Below the pieces are notes generated by a model that saw nothing but the letters and a program-made list of their open reading frames with translations, had not been told where the DNA came from and searched no databases. 64,000 nucleotides of DNA from Patescibacteria group bacterium (GTDB lineage: Bacteria; Patescibacteriota; Patescibacteriia; Magasanikbacterales; UBA922): contig JAHJIX010000002.1 in NCBI GenBank assembly GCA_018823045.1, positions 128,846 through 192,845 of the forward strand, in the 5' to 3' direction. Of the stretch, positions 37,393-47,829 are shown piece after piece. Position 1 is the stretch's first letter. Each line of letters starts with the position of its first letter. The position numbers were made by a program, and so were the translations under genes.

Positions 37393-37562
37393 ATTATTAA
37401 TGATTAGTTGTTATTCTAGCAATATATAATAAAAAGAAAGAAATGTCTATGGGAATTCAACAAAAATATTTATAAATAGCTTATCTTAGTATATAAAAGG
37501 CTGTTGACTAATCTTCGACAACATGGTACTGTTGTAATGTGTTTTGATGAAATAAATAATAT

Positions 37563-38333
37563 ATGCAAGATGAGACACTAAAACAATTAGGATTTGATGA
37601 AAAAGAAATTACTGTATACACTACTTTGTTACAACATGGGGTGCTTTCTTCTACAGAAATTGCTAAGTTAACCCGAATAAATCGAACAACAGTGTATGGT
37701 GTGGTAAGAGAATTGATTAAAAAAGAGGTTGTTGTAGAAGATTTTGGTTCTCCAATTCGTAAATTTAGCGCATTATCTCCAAATAGTTTAGAGAATATTC
37801 TTCAAAAAGAAGAAAAAAAATTAGAAAAAAAGAAATTGTATACTCTTCGTGCAATTCGTGAGCTAAATGTTTTTACTCAGGAAAGTAAATATTCTGTTCC
37901 TAAGATTGTATTTATGGAAGAAGAAGGGATTGAATCACATTTATACAGACAAGCCCCGTTGTGGAATAAGAGCATGAAAGAACGAGGAGTAGACTATTGG
38001 GGATTTCAGGATGTTTCATTTGTTGAAATGTATGAAAAATGGATTGATTGGTATTGGACAGAAGAAAAAACGTCAGAAGATATTGAGTTAAAATTATTAA
38101 GTAATGAAAAGACAGATAAGATAAGAAAAAAGAATTATGATAACCGACAAATTCGTTTTTGGGGGAAAACGGAAGAGTTTACTGCAACAACATGGGTTAT
38201 GGGAGATTATATTGTCATGATTATGACACAAAAACGACCATATTCTATTGTTGAAATACATGATGCTGTTTTGGCGCATAATATGCGTGGTGTATTTAAA
38301 GGAATTTGGGAGAGTTTTGTTGTGCCTGAATAA
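37563..38333 (+). CDS. TrmB-family HTH transcriptional regulator
   Basis: N-terminus LGFDEKEITVYTTLLQHGVLSSTEIAKLTRINRTTVYGVVRELIKKEVV matches the TrmB winged-helix region. Confidence 0.6.
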   Translation: MQDETLKQLGFDEKEITVYTTLLQHGVLSSTEIAKLTRINRTTVYGVVRELIKKEVVVEDFGSPIRKFSALSPNSLENILQKEEKKLEKKKLYTLRAIRELNVFTQESKYSVPKIVFMEEEGIESHLYRQAPLWNKSMKERGVDYWGFQDVSFVEMYEKWIDWYWTEEKTSEDIELKLLSNEKTDKIRKKNYDNRQIRFWGKTEEFTATTWVMGDYIVMIMTQKRPYSIVEIHDAVLAHNMRGVFKGIWESFVVPE

Positions 38334-38339
38334 TTTTTA

Positions 38340-38552
38340 GGGTAGTTTTATTGACAAACCAGACATTTTCTAGTACTGTATCTATATACACAAATGCATT
38401 TGAGCCGTTATCAGCGGTGAGCAGGGGAAAGAAATCTTGTTTTTCAAGAAAGTAGAATCCCTCGGGTAAGCCCGACACAGCAGTTCAAAGTAAAATTTAG
38501 GGTGGTACCGCCTTTATATAGGCCCCTATTATCTAAATAGTGGTTTTTTTAT
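38340..38552 (+). promoter_or_regulatory. T-box riboswitch leader of ileS (probable Ile specifier) with an intrinsic terminator
   Basis: The conserved T-box sequence AATTTAGGGTGGTACCGCC lies at 38494-38512. It is followed by the terminator hairpin CCCCTATT-ATCTA-AATAGTGG with a T9 tract at 38523-38550. Candidate AUC codons sit in the upstream stem-I region. Confidence 0.7.
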
Positions 38553-38598
38553 TATAAGAAATTTATAATTTATCATTCACCATTCATAATTGAATAAT

Positions 38599-41514
38599 AT
38601 GCCATACAATGCAAACGAACAAGAACAAAAAATAATGGAGTTTTGGAGACAAAACAAAACCTTTGAAAAATCAGTAAACGAAAGAAGTGAGAATAAGCCT
38701 TATGTTTTTTATGATGGGCCTCCTTTTGCTACAGGACTTCCGCATTATGGTCATATATTGGCTTCTGCTATGAAGGATCTTGTCCCACGTTTTTGGACGA
38801 TGAAGGGTTACCGTGTTGAGCGTAAATGGGGTTGGGATTGTCATGGACTTCCTATTGAAAACATTGTAGAAAAAGAACTCAATCTTGGAAGTAAACAAGA
38901 TATAGAAAATTATGGTATAGCAAATTTTAATGAAGCTTGTCGAGGAATGGTTTTGACTTATGCAGAAGAATGGAAAAAGACTATCGAACGAATGGGGCGT
39001 TGGGTTGATATGGAAAATGATTATAAGACCATGGATCTTCCTTTTATGGAGAGTGTTTGGTGGGTGTTTAAAGAGCTTTGGGAAAAAGGATATGTCTATG
39101 AAGGCAAAAAAGCTATGCATATTTGTCCTCGTTGTGTTACTCCGCTTTCTAATTTTGAAGTAACACAGGGGTATAAGGATATCAAAGATATTTCAGCGAC
39201 TGCGCAGTTTAAAGTGCTTGAGGGGAAAGAAAAATTTGATGTAGAAGGGGATCTTTATATCCTTGCTTGGACCACCACTCCATGGACACTTCCTGGAAAT
39301 GTACTTTTGGCAGTTGGGGAGGATATTGAATATTCTCTTGTAAAGTTTGAAGGAAATACTTTTGTTGTTGCAAAAGATCTTTTGATGAAAAATTTTGAAG
39401 AAAAAGAATTCGAGGTGTTATCACAAGTAAAGGGAAGTGATTTTGTTGGGCTCACATATGAACCACTTTTTCCATATTTTGCAGAAACAAAAAATGCTTT
39501 TCGTGTGGTAGCGGCTGATTTTGTAACGACGGAAGACGGAACAGGAATTGTACACATTGCGCCAGCTTTTGGTGAAGACGATTATCGTCTTGGGCGAGAA
39601 GAGGATGTTGATTTTGTCCAGCATGTAGATATGGAAGGAAAGTTTACTTCTGCTGTAATAGATTTTGCAGGAGTGGAAGTAAAGAATAAGGAAGACCATA
39701 TGGCGACGGATATTGAAATCATTCGCTATCTTGCACAGAATGGCAAACTTTTTTCAAAGAAAAAATACGAACATAGTTATCCACATTGTTGGCGTTGTGA
39801 TACTCCGCTTCTTAATTACGCGACCAGTAGCTGGTTTGTAGAAGTTACTAAAATCAAAGAAGAGCTTCTTGAAAATAATAAAAAAATTAATTGGGTTCCT
39901 GATCATATTAAAGATGGACGTTTTGGATTGTGGCTTGAAGGAGCTCGTGATTGGGCAGTTTCTCGTACTCGTTATTGGGGAACTCCACTTCCTATTTGGA
40001 AAAGTGATGATGGAGATACGATTTGTATTGGTTCTGCCGAAGAACTTTCTGAATTATCAGGAAAGGAAGTAAAAGATCTGCACAAACATTTTATCGATGA
40101 TATAGAAATTACAAAGGACGGAAAAGTATACAAACGTATTACGGAAGTTTTTGATTGTTGGTTTGAGTCTGGATCTATGCCATACGGACAAATGCATTAT
40201 CCATTCGAGAATAAAGAAAAATTTGAATCAGGATTTCCAGCTGAGTTTATTGCTGAAGGGCAAGATCAAACACGTGGATGGTTTTATACTTTGCATGTGC
40301 TTGCTACGGCTTTGACCCTTGGGGAAGAATCTTCTATACCAAAGGAATGTAGTCCTGCCTTCAAAAATGTTATTGTGAACGGAATTGTGCAAGCAGAAGA
40401 CGGAAAGAAAATGAGTAAAAAGCTCAAAAATTATCCAGCACCAGAGCTGATCTTTGAAAAGTATGGAGCGGACGCTATGCGATATTATCTCATGGCTTCT
40501 CCTGTGGTGCATGCAGAAGCTTTGGCTTTTTCTGAAGTGGGAGTGAGGGAGGTGTATAATAAGTTGGTGAATACTTTGGTGAATGTTTTAAATTTTTATG
40601 AGATGTTCGCTGTATCACGAGACACGAGACAGGTAACATATACCAATCTTAAATCAGAGAACGTTTTAGATAAATGGATTTTGGCGAAGCTTCAAAATTT
40701 GGTAGAAGAGGTTACGGTAAATATGGAAGAGTATAAGCTTGCGGAAGCTGCTCGTCCTATTATGGAATTTGTGACAGAATTATCACAGTGGTATATTCGT
40801 CGTAGTCGTGAAAGGTTTAAATCAGGAAGCGAAGAGGATAAATCTGCTGCACTTGCAACACTTAGGGAAGTTCTTTTGACTTTATCAAAAGTGATGGCGC
40901 CTTTTACTCCTTTTATTTCTGAACATGTATATCAGGAAGTAAGCGGGCAAAGTGAAAAATCGGTTCATTTAGAAATGTGGCCAGAGCTGAATGAGGAGCT
41001 CAAAAATCCTGAATCGCTTGAAACCATGGAAAGCGTGCGTAAGCTCGTAGAGCTTGGTCTTTCTCTTCGTAAAGAAGTAGGAATTCGTGTGCGTCAGCCA
41101 CTTTTGGCTCTTGGCGTAAACAAAGAACTTGAAGAAGGGTATAAAGTAATTATTGCGGAAGAAATGAATGTGAAGGAAGTTGTTTCTTTATCTGATGCTT
41201 CTGAATGGATGAAGAAGGAAGACAAAGGGCTTGAAGTTGCTCTCAATACAGAAATAACAGAAGAACTCAAGAAAGAAGGACTTTTGCGTGAGGTGGTTCG
41301 TGCGGTGAATCAGATGCGCAAAGAAAAAGGATTCACCAGAGAAGACCGTGTCGTGGTGCACTATAAAGTAGAGGACGAACTTCTCAGTAGTGTCTTTAGT
41401 GATTATGCAGAAGAAATTAAATCATCAGTGCTCGCTGACTCACTTGATGTAGGTGAGGGAGAAGAAGCAAAAGTAGGGGATGTAATGATGCAACTTCAGG
41501 TAGAAAAGAAATAA
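38599..41514 (+). CDS. ileS: Isoleucine--tRNA ligase
   Basis: HIGH-type motif PHYGHIL, KMSKKL (the KMSKS loop), and editing and anticodon-binding domains. Length is about 970 aa. The start is taken at the ATG at 38599. Confidence 0.95.
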   Translation: MPYNANEQEQKIMEFWRQNKTFEKSVNERSENKPYVFYDGPPFATGLPHYGHILASAMKDLVPRFWTMKGYRVERKWGWDCHGLPIENIVEKELNLGSKQDIENYGIANFNEACRGMVLTYAEEWKKTIERMGRWVDMENDYKTMDLPFMESVWWVFKELWEKGYVYEGKKAMHICPRCVTPLSNFEVTQGYKDIKDISATAQFKVLEGKEKFDVEGDLYILAWTTTPWTLPGNVLLAVGEDIEYSLVKFEGNTFVVAKDLLMKNFEEKEFEVLSQVKGSDFVGLTYEPLFPYFAETKNAFRVVAADFVTTEDGTGIVHIAPAFGEDDYRLGREEDVDFVQHVDMEGKFTSAVIDFAGVEVKNKEDHMATDIEIIRYLAQNGKLFSKKKYEHSYPHCWRCDTPLLNYATSSWFVEVTKIKEELLENNKKINWVPDHIKDGRFGLWLEGARDWAVSRTRYWGTPLPIWKSDDGDTICIGSAEELSELSGKEVKDLHKHFIDDIEITKDGKVYKRITEVFDCWFESGSMPYGQMHYPFENKEKFESGFPAEFIAEGQDQTRGWFYTLHVLATALTLGEESSIPKECSPAFKNVIVNGIVQAEDGKKMSKKLKNYPAPELIFEKYGADAMRYYLMASPVVHAEALAFSEVGVREVYNKLVNTLVNVLNFYEMFAVSRDTRQVTYTNLKSENVLDKWILAKLQNLVEEVTVNMEEYKLAEAARPIMEFVTELSQWYIRRSRERFKSGSEEDKSAALATLREVLLTLSKVMAPFTPFISEHVYQEVSGQSEKSVHLEMWPELNEELKNPESLETMESVRKLVELGLSLRKEVGIRVRQPLLALGVNKELEEGYKVIIAEEMNVKEVVSLSDASEWMKKEDKGLEVALNTEITEELKKEGLLREVVRAVNQMRKEKGFTREDRVVVHYKVEDELLSSVFSDYAEEIKSSVLADSLDVGEGEEAKVGDVMMQLQVEKK

Positions 41515-41530
41515 AGATATTTTTTTTAGA

Positions 41531-41565
41531 AAAAGAGGAATGTTTGTATAAGCATTCCTCTTTTG
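41531..41565 (+). terminator. Intrinsic terminator after ileS (AAAGAGGAATG...CATTCCTCTTTT)
   Basis: An 11-bp stem followed by a T-rich tract. Confidence 0.75.
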
Positions 41566-41815
41566 ACAAAGTAAGAATATTTGCGTACACTTAGGTTACA
41601 CATTATTAAATATTGTATGATTAAAATAATGCCTAAATTTTTTTATAAGCTTGGATAGTACTTTTTTCTTGTTATGAAAAAATATTCAAAAAAGAAGATA
41701 TTTTTTTAGAGAGTTTTATTAAAGATATTGAAAAAGCTCGTAAAGATGTTTGTCAGGGGCGAGTGTATTCATTTGATCAAGTTATAAAAGAGTTAGGATT
41801 ATAAAATAAAATTAT

Positions 41816-43300
41816 ATGAATAGTACAGTGAAAATAAGTAGAAGTAAAAAAGAACAAGCAGTGGTATATTTTTTATATGAAGACAAATTAAAAGAATTAT
41901 CTTTATTAGAAAAAAAAGAACAAGATGCTGTAAAAACAGTACTTAAAACAAAAGATTTTGAAGGAAAAAATGGACAGATTTCTTTATTATATGTTGGAGA
42001 GAAACGTTTGTTCATTGTTGGTCTGGGGAAAAGAAAAGAATGCAATATTCGTCATTGGAAACAAGCGGTAGGCTCTGTTCTTATGCAAGCACAAAAGAAA
42101 AAAATAACGCAAATAAGTATGCTGATATCAAAAATAGTTTCTTCTTATGTTGATACAGATCTATTTGCACAAACGGGGACTGTTTCTGCGTATAATGCAC
42201 TGTATGCCTTTGACGATTTTAAAGAAAAAGAGGCAAAGGTTGTTGCGGTAAAAAGTATTGAGTGGATTGTTGCAGATAAAAGGATCAGTAATTTATTTAT
42301 AAAAGGAGTTAAAAAGGGAAAATATATTGCAGAAGGCGTTTTATTTACACGTATGCTTGGTAATACGCCACCGACAGAAATGACACCAACTCTTTTGGCT
42401 GATCATGCAAAAGATTTAGAAAAAAACAAAAATATATCAGTGCAAATATTAAACAAAAAACAGATTGAAGCAAAAAAAATGGGTTGTTTGCTTGCTGTGT
42501 CACGTGGGTCTGTTCTTGAGCCAAAATTTATTATTGTTGAATATAAAGGAAAGGATAGTAAACACCCAACAGTGCTTGTTGGAAAAGGAATTACTTATGA
42601 TTCTGGTGGTCTTTCATTAAAACCTGATCCATACATGCGCGACATGAAATTTGATATGTTAGGAGCTGCAACTGTATTGGGGATTATAAAAGCGGCCGCA
42701 AAGATGGGTTTAAAAAAACATATTATTGGGCTTATTCCTGCATGTGAAAATATGCCGAGTGGAGATGCGTATCGACCAGATGATATATTAACTGCAATGA
42801 ATGGTAAAACAGTTTTAATTGAAAATACTGATGCAGAAGGTCGACTAATTCTTGCTGACGCACTTGTGTATGCACAAACACTTCAACCAAAAGAAGTTAT
42901 TGATTTTGCTACACTTACTGGAGCATGTATGGTTGCATTAGGGAATGAGCGATCAGGATTGTTTACTCCAGAAGATGATTTGGCTGATAAATTAGACGCT
43001 GCATCAAAAAATATTGGAGAAATGTTATGGCGTTTGCCAGTGGGGGAAGAATATACAACAGCAATGAAATCTGAAATTGCAGATATTAAAAATCTAGGCG
43101 GTGTAGGTAATCCTCGTTTTGGTGGTGCGTCAACAGCTGCGGCATTTTTACAATTTTTTACACAAAATGAAAAAGGTAATGCATATCCATGGGCACACAT
43201 TGATTTATCTTCTTGTTATTATGGCGAAAGTGGTAAAGCTCACATTCGTGGTGGCGCAAATGGTTTTGGTGTAGAAACGATGATACAATATTTTTCTTAA
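41816..43300 (+). CDS. pepA: Leucyl aminopeptidase (M17 family)
   Basis: M17 signature NTDAEGRL, metal ligands VGKGITYDSGG and IPACENM. Confidence 0.9.
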   Translation: MNSTVKISRSKKEQAVVYFLYEDKLKELSLLEKKEQDAVKTVLKTKDFEGKNGQISLLYVGEKRLFIVGLGKRKECNIRHWKQAVGSVLMQAQKKKITQISMLISKIVSSYVDTDLFAQTGTVSAYNALYAFDDFKEKEAKVVAVKSIEWIVADKRISNLFIKGVKKGKYIAEGVLFTRMLGNTPPTEMTPTLLADHAKDLEKNKNISVQILNKKQIEAKKMGCLLAVSRGSVLEPKFIIVEYKGKDSKHPTVLVGKGITYDSGGLSLKPDPYMRDMKFDMLGAATVLGIIKAAAKMGLKKHIIGLIPACENMPSGDAYRPDDILTAMNGKTVLIENTDAEGRLILADALVYAQTLQPKEVIDFATLTGACMVALGNERSGLFTPEDDLADKLDAASKNIGEMLWRLPVGEEYTTAMKSEIADIKNLGGVGNPRFGGASTAAAFLQFFTQNEKGNAYPWAHIDLSSCYYGESGKAHIRGGANGFGVETMIQYFS

Positions 43301-43303
43301 ATT

Positions 43304-43873
43304 ATGATTTCATATATTGCTGGAACGATAAAACAAATATCTCAAAAACATATTGTTGTATTAACAAATGCTGGTTTGGGATATGAAGTATTTGTTACTA
43401 CAGGTCATGCTTCAGAATTACGTATTGGACAAGTTATTGAATTACCAACATATTTAAAAGTAGCAGAAACTGCTTTAGAATTATTTGGTTTTCGTTCAGA
43501 AAAAGAAAAATATTTTTTTCAATTACTTTTATCTGTAAAAGGGATTGGTCCTAAGGGAGCCTTAAATATTTTGGCACTCGGATCAATTGTTGATGTACAG
43601 TCAGCTATCGGTCGGGGAGACATTAAATATTTAACTGCTGTGCAAGGTATGGGGAAAAAAACAGCAGAGCGATTAGTTGTCGAGTTGAAGTCTAAAGTAG
43701 ACGCTGTAGATCAAACATCAATAGCGTCTGAAGTGGGTTCACTTGGAGAGGTGGTTGAGGCTTTGGTAATTATGGGTTATTCAAAAGAAGATGCAAGAGA
43801 TGCAATAGATGGATTAAGTGGCGATGAACCAGTTGAGGTATTGCTTCGTTCTGCGTTGAAGCATTTGGGGTAA
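43304..43873 (+). CDS. ruvA: Holliday junction branch migration protein RuvA
   Basis: N-terminus MISYIAGTI...GLGYEVFV and the HhH motifs LLLSVKGIGPKGALNIL. Confidence 0.9.
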   Translation: MISYIAGTIKQISQKHIVVLTNAGLGYEVFVTTGHASELRIGQVIELPTYLKVAETALELFGFRSEKEKYFFQLLLSVKGIGPKGALNILALGSIVDVQSAIGRGDIKYLTAVQGMGKKTAERLVVELKSKVDAVDQTSIASEVGSLGEVVEALVIMGYSKEDARDAIDGLSGDEPVEVLLRSALKHLG

Positions 43874-43894
43874 GATGCAATATTGTTGGCCATA

Positions 43895-43929
43895 TAAAAA
43901 AGCACACCATGAATTGATGTGCTTTTTTG
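43895..43929 (+). terminator. Intrinsic terminator after ruvA (AGCACA...TGTGCT followed by T6)
   Basis: A 6-bp GC-containing stem flanked by A6 and T6 runs. Confidence 0.7.
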
Positions 43930-44013
43930 TTTTTGACTGTTTTTAATAGTGGGTCCTTCAACTCGTTTTACTCGCTCCCCGTAAAAAACACGTGGCACAG
44001 CAGGATGACATTT

Positions 44014-46524
44014 TTACAGAATTGCAATACTTGCTACTGTATCACCACTCGCTTTAAAGCGCATAACACGTACGCCTTGTGTTGCACGACCGAGTGTTGA
44101 AATACTCTTTAATGCAATTCGGACCACTTGTCCTTTCTTTGAAATAAGCATCACATCTTGTTCTTCTGTGTTATTCATAAGACGTGCACCAATAATATTT
44201 CCTGTTTTGGCAGTAATTTGCATCGTTTTGATTCCACTACCACCACGTCCTTGAATTTTGTATTCATTTAATAAGGTTCTTTTTCCTAAACCATTTTCTG
44301 AGATAACGAGTAGTTCAAGCACTTTTTGTTTTGTAAGTTCAGGCTGGGCCATTGCCATGCCAATGATTGTATCATTTGATTTTAAACGAATACCACGAAC
44401 ACCAGCTGCGGTTCTACCCATTGCACGAATACTTGATTCGTTAAAGTGTATTGCTTGTCCCAGTGAGGTTACAAGGATGGTTGTGTCTTTTCCAGTTGAG
44501 GGGCGTACCCATTCAAGCATATCGTCTTCTTTGATTTTAAGCGCTATTAATCCTGATCGACGAACATTTTTAAAATCAGAAAGCTTTGTCTTTTTTATTG
44601 TTCCTTGGTTGGTCACCATAACTAAGTACTCAAATTTACTCATATCTGCCATAGAAAGAATTGCAGAAACAGATTCATTTGGTGCTAATTGTAAAAAGTT
44701 TACCAATGCTTGGCCTTTTGATGTCCGGCTTGTTTGTGGAATGTCGTAAGCATGGAGTTGGAATACACGCCCTCGTGTTGTAAAGAAGAGTAAATTATCG
44801 TGTGTATTTGTAGAAATAAGCTGTTCAACAACGTCTGCTTCTTTTGTGGTTAAGCCAATGACTCCTTTTCCACCACGATGTTGTTGTTTAAAGGTATCAA
44901 TAGGCATGCGCTTAATATATCCATCTTGAGTGCTCATAATGATGGTTGGTTCATTGGGCACCAAGTCTTCAATAGAGAATTCTTGTACACCGTGTGGAAT
45001 GATCACCGTTCTTCTGTGCTCTCCGTATGTCTCTTGTATTTCTTGAATTTCCGTTTTAATTTTTTCTAAAATTCTTGCTGGGCTTTTTAACAACGCTTTG
45101 AGGGCTGCAATTATCGCCATTTTTTCTGCTAACTCTTCTTCAATTTTCTTTTGTTCGAGATTGGCGAGTTGTTGCAAGCGCATATCAAGAATTGCTACAG
45201 TTTGTCTTTCTGTAAATTTAAATTTCTTGATCAAATTTTTCTTTGCTTCTTCTTTATCTTTTGATGAGCGAATAGTTTGAATAACTAAATCAATAGCATC
45301 AAGTGCTTTTTTAAGTCCTTCTAAAATGTGTGCACGTTCTTCTGCTTTTTCTAAATCAAATTTTGTTCGGCGTACAATAACTTCTTGACGATGTTTTATA
45401 AATTCTTCAAGAACGGTTTTGATATTGAGCAGTCGTGGTTGAATTCCGTCAACGAGGGCGATCATGTTGACATGAAAAGTCGTTTGCAAGTCAGTGAGTT
45501 TAAAGAGGCGATTGAGTGTCTTTTTTGGAAATGCATCTTTTTTAAGATCAATAACGACACGGACACCATCTTTATTTGACTCATCACGTAAATCTTTAAT
45601 GCCATCAATTTTCTTTTCGGTTACAAGATGGGCAATTTTTTCGAGTAATGTTGCCTTGTTTACTTGGTAAGGAATCTCACTAACAATAATTCGAAAGTGG
45701 CCATTCTTTTTTTCTTCAATATTTGTTTTTGCACGTAACACAATACCACCTCGTCCAGTTGCAAAAGCCGTTTTTATATCTTCTCTGTTGTAAATAATTC
45801 CTCCAGTAGGAAAATCTGGTCCTGTGAGGTGTTCCATGAGGTCATCAATCGTTGCTTCTGGGTTATCAATTAGGTGTGCTGTTGCTGCACAAAGTTCAGA
45901 GAGATTGTGTGGAGGGATATTTGTTGCCATTCCAACAGCAATACCCATGCTTCCATTTAATAGTAAGTTTGGAAGTTTACTTGGAAGTACACGAGGTTCG
46001 CTTCCTGAACCATCGTAGTTTTCTATGAAGTCGACTGTTTTCTTTTCAATATCGAGAAGCATCTCTTCTGCAATTTTTTGTAATTTTGCCTCAGTATATC
46101 TCATTGCGGCTGCACTATCTCCATCCATTGATCCAAAGTTTCCTTGACCGTTTACAAGTGGGTTGCGCATAGAAAAATCTTGTGCCATACGAACAAGAGA
46201 ATCGTAAATAGCACTATCACCATGTGGATGGTACTTTGCCATTACCTCACCGACAACATGGGCTGATTTTCTAAATTTTGAATTACTTTTAAGACCAATC
46301 TTCCACATGGCATATAAAATGCGTCTGTGCACTGGTTTAAGCCCGTCACGCACATCTGGTAAAGCACGAGCAACAATAACACTCATGGCATAATCAAGAT
46401 AAGATGTTTTCATTTCATCGATCAGCTGAACCGGTTCGACATATGGAGTAATCGCTGCCGGCGCTTCTGTGTTCAGTTCTTTCTTTGGCATAAAATCGTT
46501 ATAGTTAAGTATCTGGGGTATCAA
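44014..46524 (-). CDS. gyrA: DNA gyrase subunit A
   Basis: Contains [29 protein letters not shown] with the active-site Tyr region, and C-terminal beta-pinwheel repeats. Confidence 0.95.
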   Translation of the reverse strand: MIPQILNYNDFMPKKELNTEAPAAITPYVEPVQLIDEMKTSYLDYAMSVIVARALPDVRDGLKPVHRRILYAMWKIGLKSNSKFRKSAHVVGEVMAKYHPHGDSAIYDSLVRMAQDFSMRNPLVNGQGNFGSMDGDSAAAMRYTEAKLQKIAEEMLLDIEKKTVDFIENYDGSGSEPRVLPSKLPNLLLNGSMGIAVGMATNIPPHNLSELCAATAHLIDNPEATIDDLMEHLTGPDFPTGGIIYNREDIKTAFATGRGGIVLRAKTNIEEKKNGHFRIIVSEIPYQVNKATLLEKIAHLVTEKKIDGIKDLRDESNKDGVRVVIDLKKDAFPKKTLNRLFKLTDLQTTFHVNMIALVDGIQPRLLNIKTVLEEFIKHRQEVIVRRTKFDLEKAEERAHILEGLKKALDAIDLVIQTIRSSKDKEEAKKNLIKKFKFTERQTVAILDMRLQQLANLEQKKIEEELAEKMAIIAALKALLKSPARILEKIKTEIQEIQETYGEHRRTVIIPHGVQEFSIEDLVPNEPTIIMSTQDGYIKRMPIDTFKQQHRGGKGVIGLTTKEADVVEQLISTNTHDNLLFFTTRGRVFQLHAYDIPQTSRTSKGQALVNFLQLAPNESVSAILSMADMSKFEYLVMVTNQGTIKKTKLSDFKNVRRSGLIALKIKEDDMLEWVRPSTGKDTTILVTSLGQAIHFNESSIRAMGRTAAGVRGIRLKSNDTIIGMAMAQPELTKQKVLELLVISENGLGKRTLLNEYKIQGRGGSGIKTMQITAKTGNIIGARLMNNTEEQDVMLISKKGQVVRIALKSISTLGRATQGVRVMRFKASGDTVASIAIL

Positions 46525-46954
46525 GAGCAGTGCTACTTGCTTGAATTTGTGGAATAATTGCTTTGAGTGCTTCTTTCACCTCTCCTTGTGTCAGTGTTTG
46601 CTCAGTTTCAGTTATAAGCGCGCTTGAGTCTTTCCCGACAGAATCAATAATCTCTTGAATATCGCTGGTTGCCTCAGAAAGGGGACCTGATTTAAGTGGA
46701 TTATATTTTTTAATATCCTGTATCAAAAAGGATATGTGGGCAATCCAGAAGACAAATATACAGATACTGACAGTACCAACACCAATGAACAATAAGCGTT
46801 TTTTTTGTTGATCATGTTTTCTTGTGTTTTCGGTAGCCTTTTTTTCAAGTGGTTTGCTAAGCTCTGTTGCAATAGAATTAACTGCTTGGCGTATTTGTTT
46901 TCTTTTTTTAGGAGAAATAGGGTGCTTTTTTAATTTGTTTGAGTGATTTTCCAT
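46505..46954 (-). CDS. Hypothetical single-pass membrane protein
   Basis: A 149-aa ORF with a basic N-terminus and one TM helix ([25 protein letters not shown]). It overlaps the gyrA start by 20 nt. No family was recognised. Confidence 0.4.
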   Translation of the reverse strand: MENHSNKLKKHPISPKKRKQIRQAVNSIATELSKPLEKKATENTRKHDQQKKRLLFIGVGTVSICIFVFWIAHISFLIQDIKKYNPLKSGPLSEATSDIQEIIDSVGKDSSALITETEQTLTQGEVKEALKAIIPQIQASSTALDTPDT

Positions 46955-46974
46955 AGGGTATATGGGAAAATAAA

Positions 46975-47589
46975 TTATTCTTTGGCAATAACGATAAGAT
47001 GCATTTCTTCTTGCGGAAGATCTTTTTTCTTAATAATAACTTTTTTCTCTGCTTCTTGGGGGCGAATGCCAATTTCTTTAATAAATGATTCAACGGGAGC
47101 AGATTTAGGATCATTGTCTGATTGAACATTCATTGGGATAACTATACGTGGTTCAATTTGTTGAACAATTTTTCGAGCAACTGCTGCAGTATATGTATTT
47201 TCTCCACCAACAGGAATACATAAAATATCTACACCAGATAATACTTCTAACTGTTCATCGCTAAGTGGAATGTTTCTTTGTCCAAGATGGCCAATAGTTA
47301 CGTGTTCTGTTTGTAAACGAAGAAGTGTGTGGCCTGGAGCATTACCAGGAATAGCGCGGATGAGCACTCCTTTAACTTCCCATTCTCCTGCAGAATTTGC
47401 AATAAAGGGTGTACCAGAAATCGTAATAGAGTTTTTTTCTCCCCGAGTATATAAGACAATATCAGCAGTTAAATTTCGGGGGAAAGTACCTTCTTCTGGT
47501 TTGTATGGGTCGATAATGACGACTACTTCATCATTTGCAGGTTTTGTTTGTATTTTAAATGCGGTCGTTCCGTACCAAGAGATATGCAT
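46975..47589 (-). CDS. MBL-fold metallo-hydrolase (UPF0173-like)
   Basis: MHISWYGTTAFKIQT and the H-x-H-x-D-H-like region of the beta-lactamase fold. Length is 204 aa. Confidence 0.65.
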   Translation of the reverse strand: MHISWYGTTAFKIQTKPANDEVVVIIDPYKPEEGTFPRNLTADIVLYTRGEKNSITISGTPFIANSAGEWEVKGVLIRAIPGNAPGHTLLRLQTEHVTIGHLGQRNIPLSDEQLEVLSGVDILCIPVGGENTYTAAVARKIVQQIEPRIVIPMNVQSDNDPKSAPVESFIKEIGIRPQEAEKKVIIKKKDLPQEEMHLIVIAKE

Positions 47590-47829
47590 AAATCCTCTGA
47601 ATTACAAGTAAAAATGTCCCCTATGTTATATGCGATAGGTTTGTTGATCTTTATTATACGGTATTTTAAGTGAGTTTGCAAGGGTATTTACTATTCATTT
47701 TTTCCCCAAATATACACAATTTTACCCTTGCATTTTTAATAGGTGTATGGTATGCTATAGCAGTTATTTATATCACAAATATGTGATGCTTACTTGTTTA
47801 TATGAGTAGGTTAATGTTTTTAGAGCTCT

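Noticed and set aside
37393-37562. Possible purine riboswitch upstream of the NCS2 (PbuG/AzgA-like) permease
   Set aside because: Read on the minus strand, the 170-nt leader lacks the conserved purine-aptamer junction sequences, and no three-way junction could be drawn.
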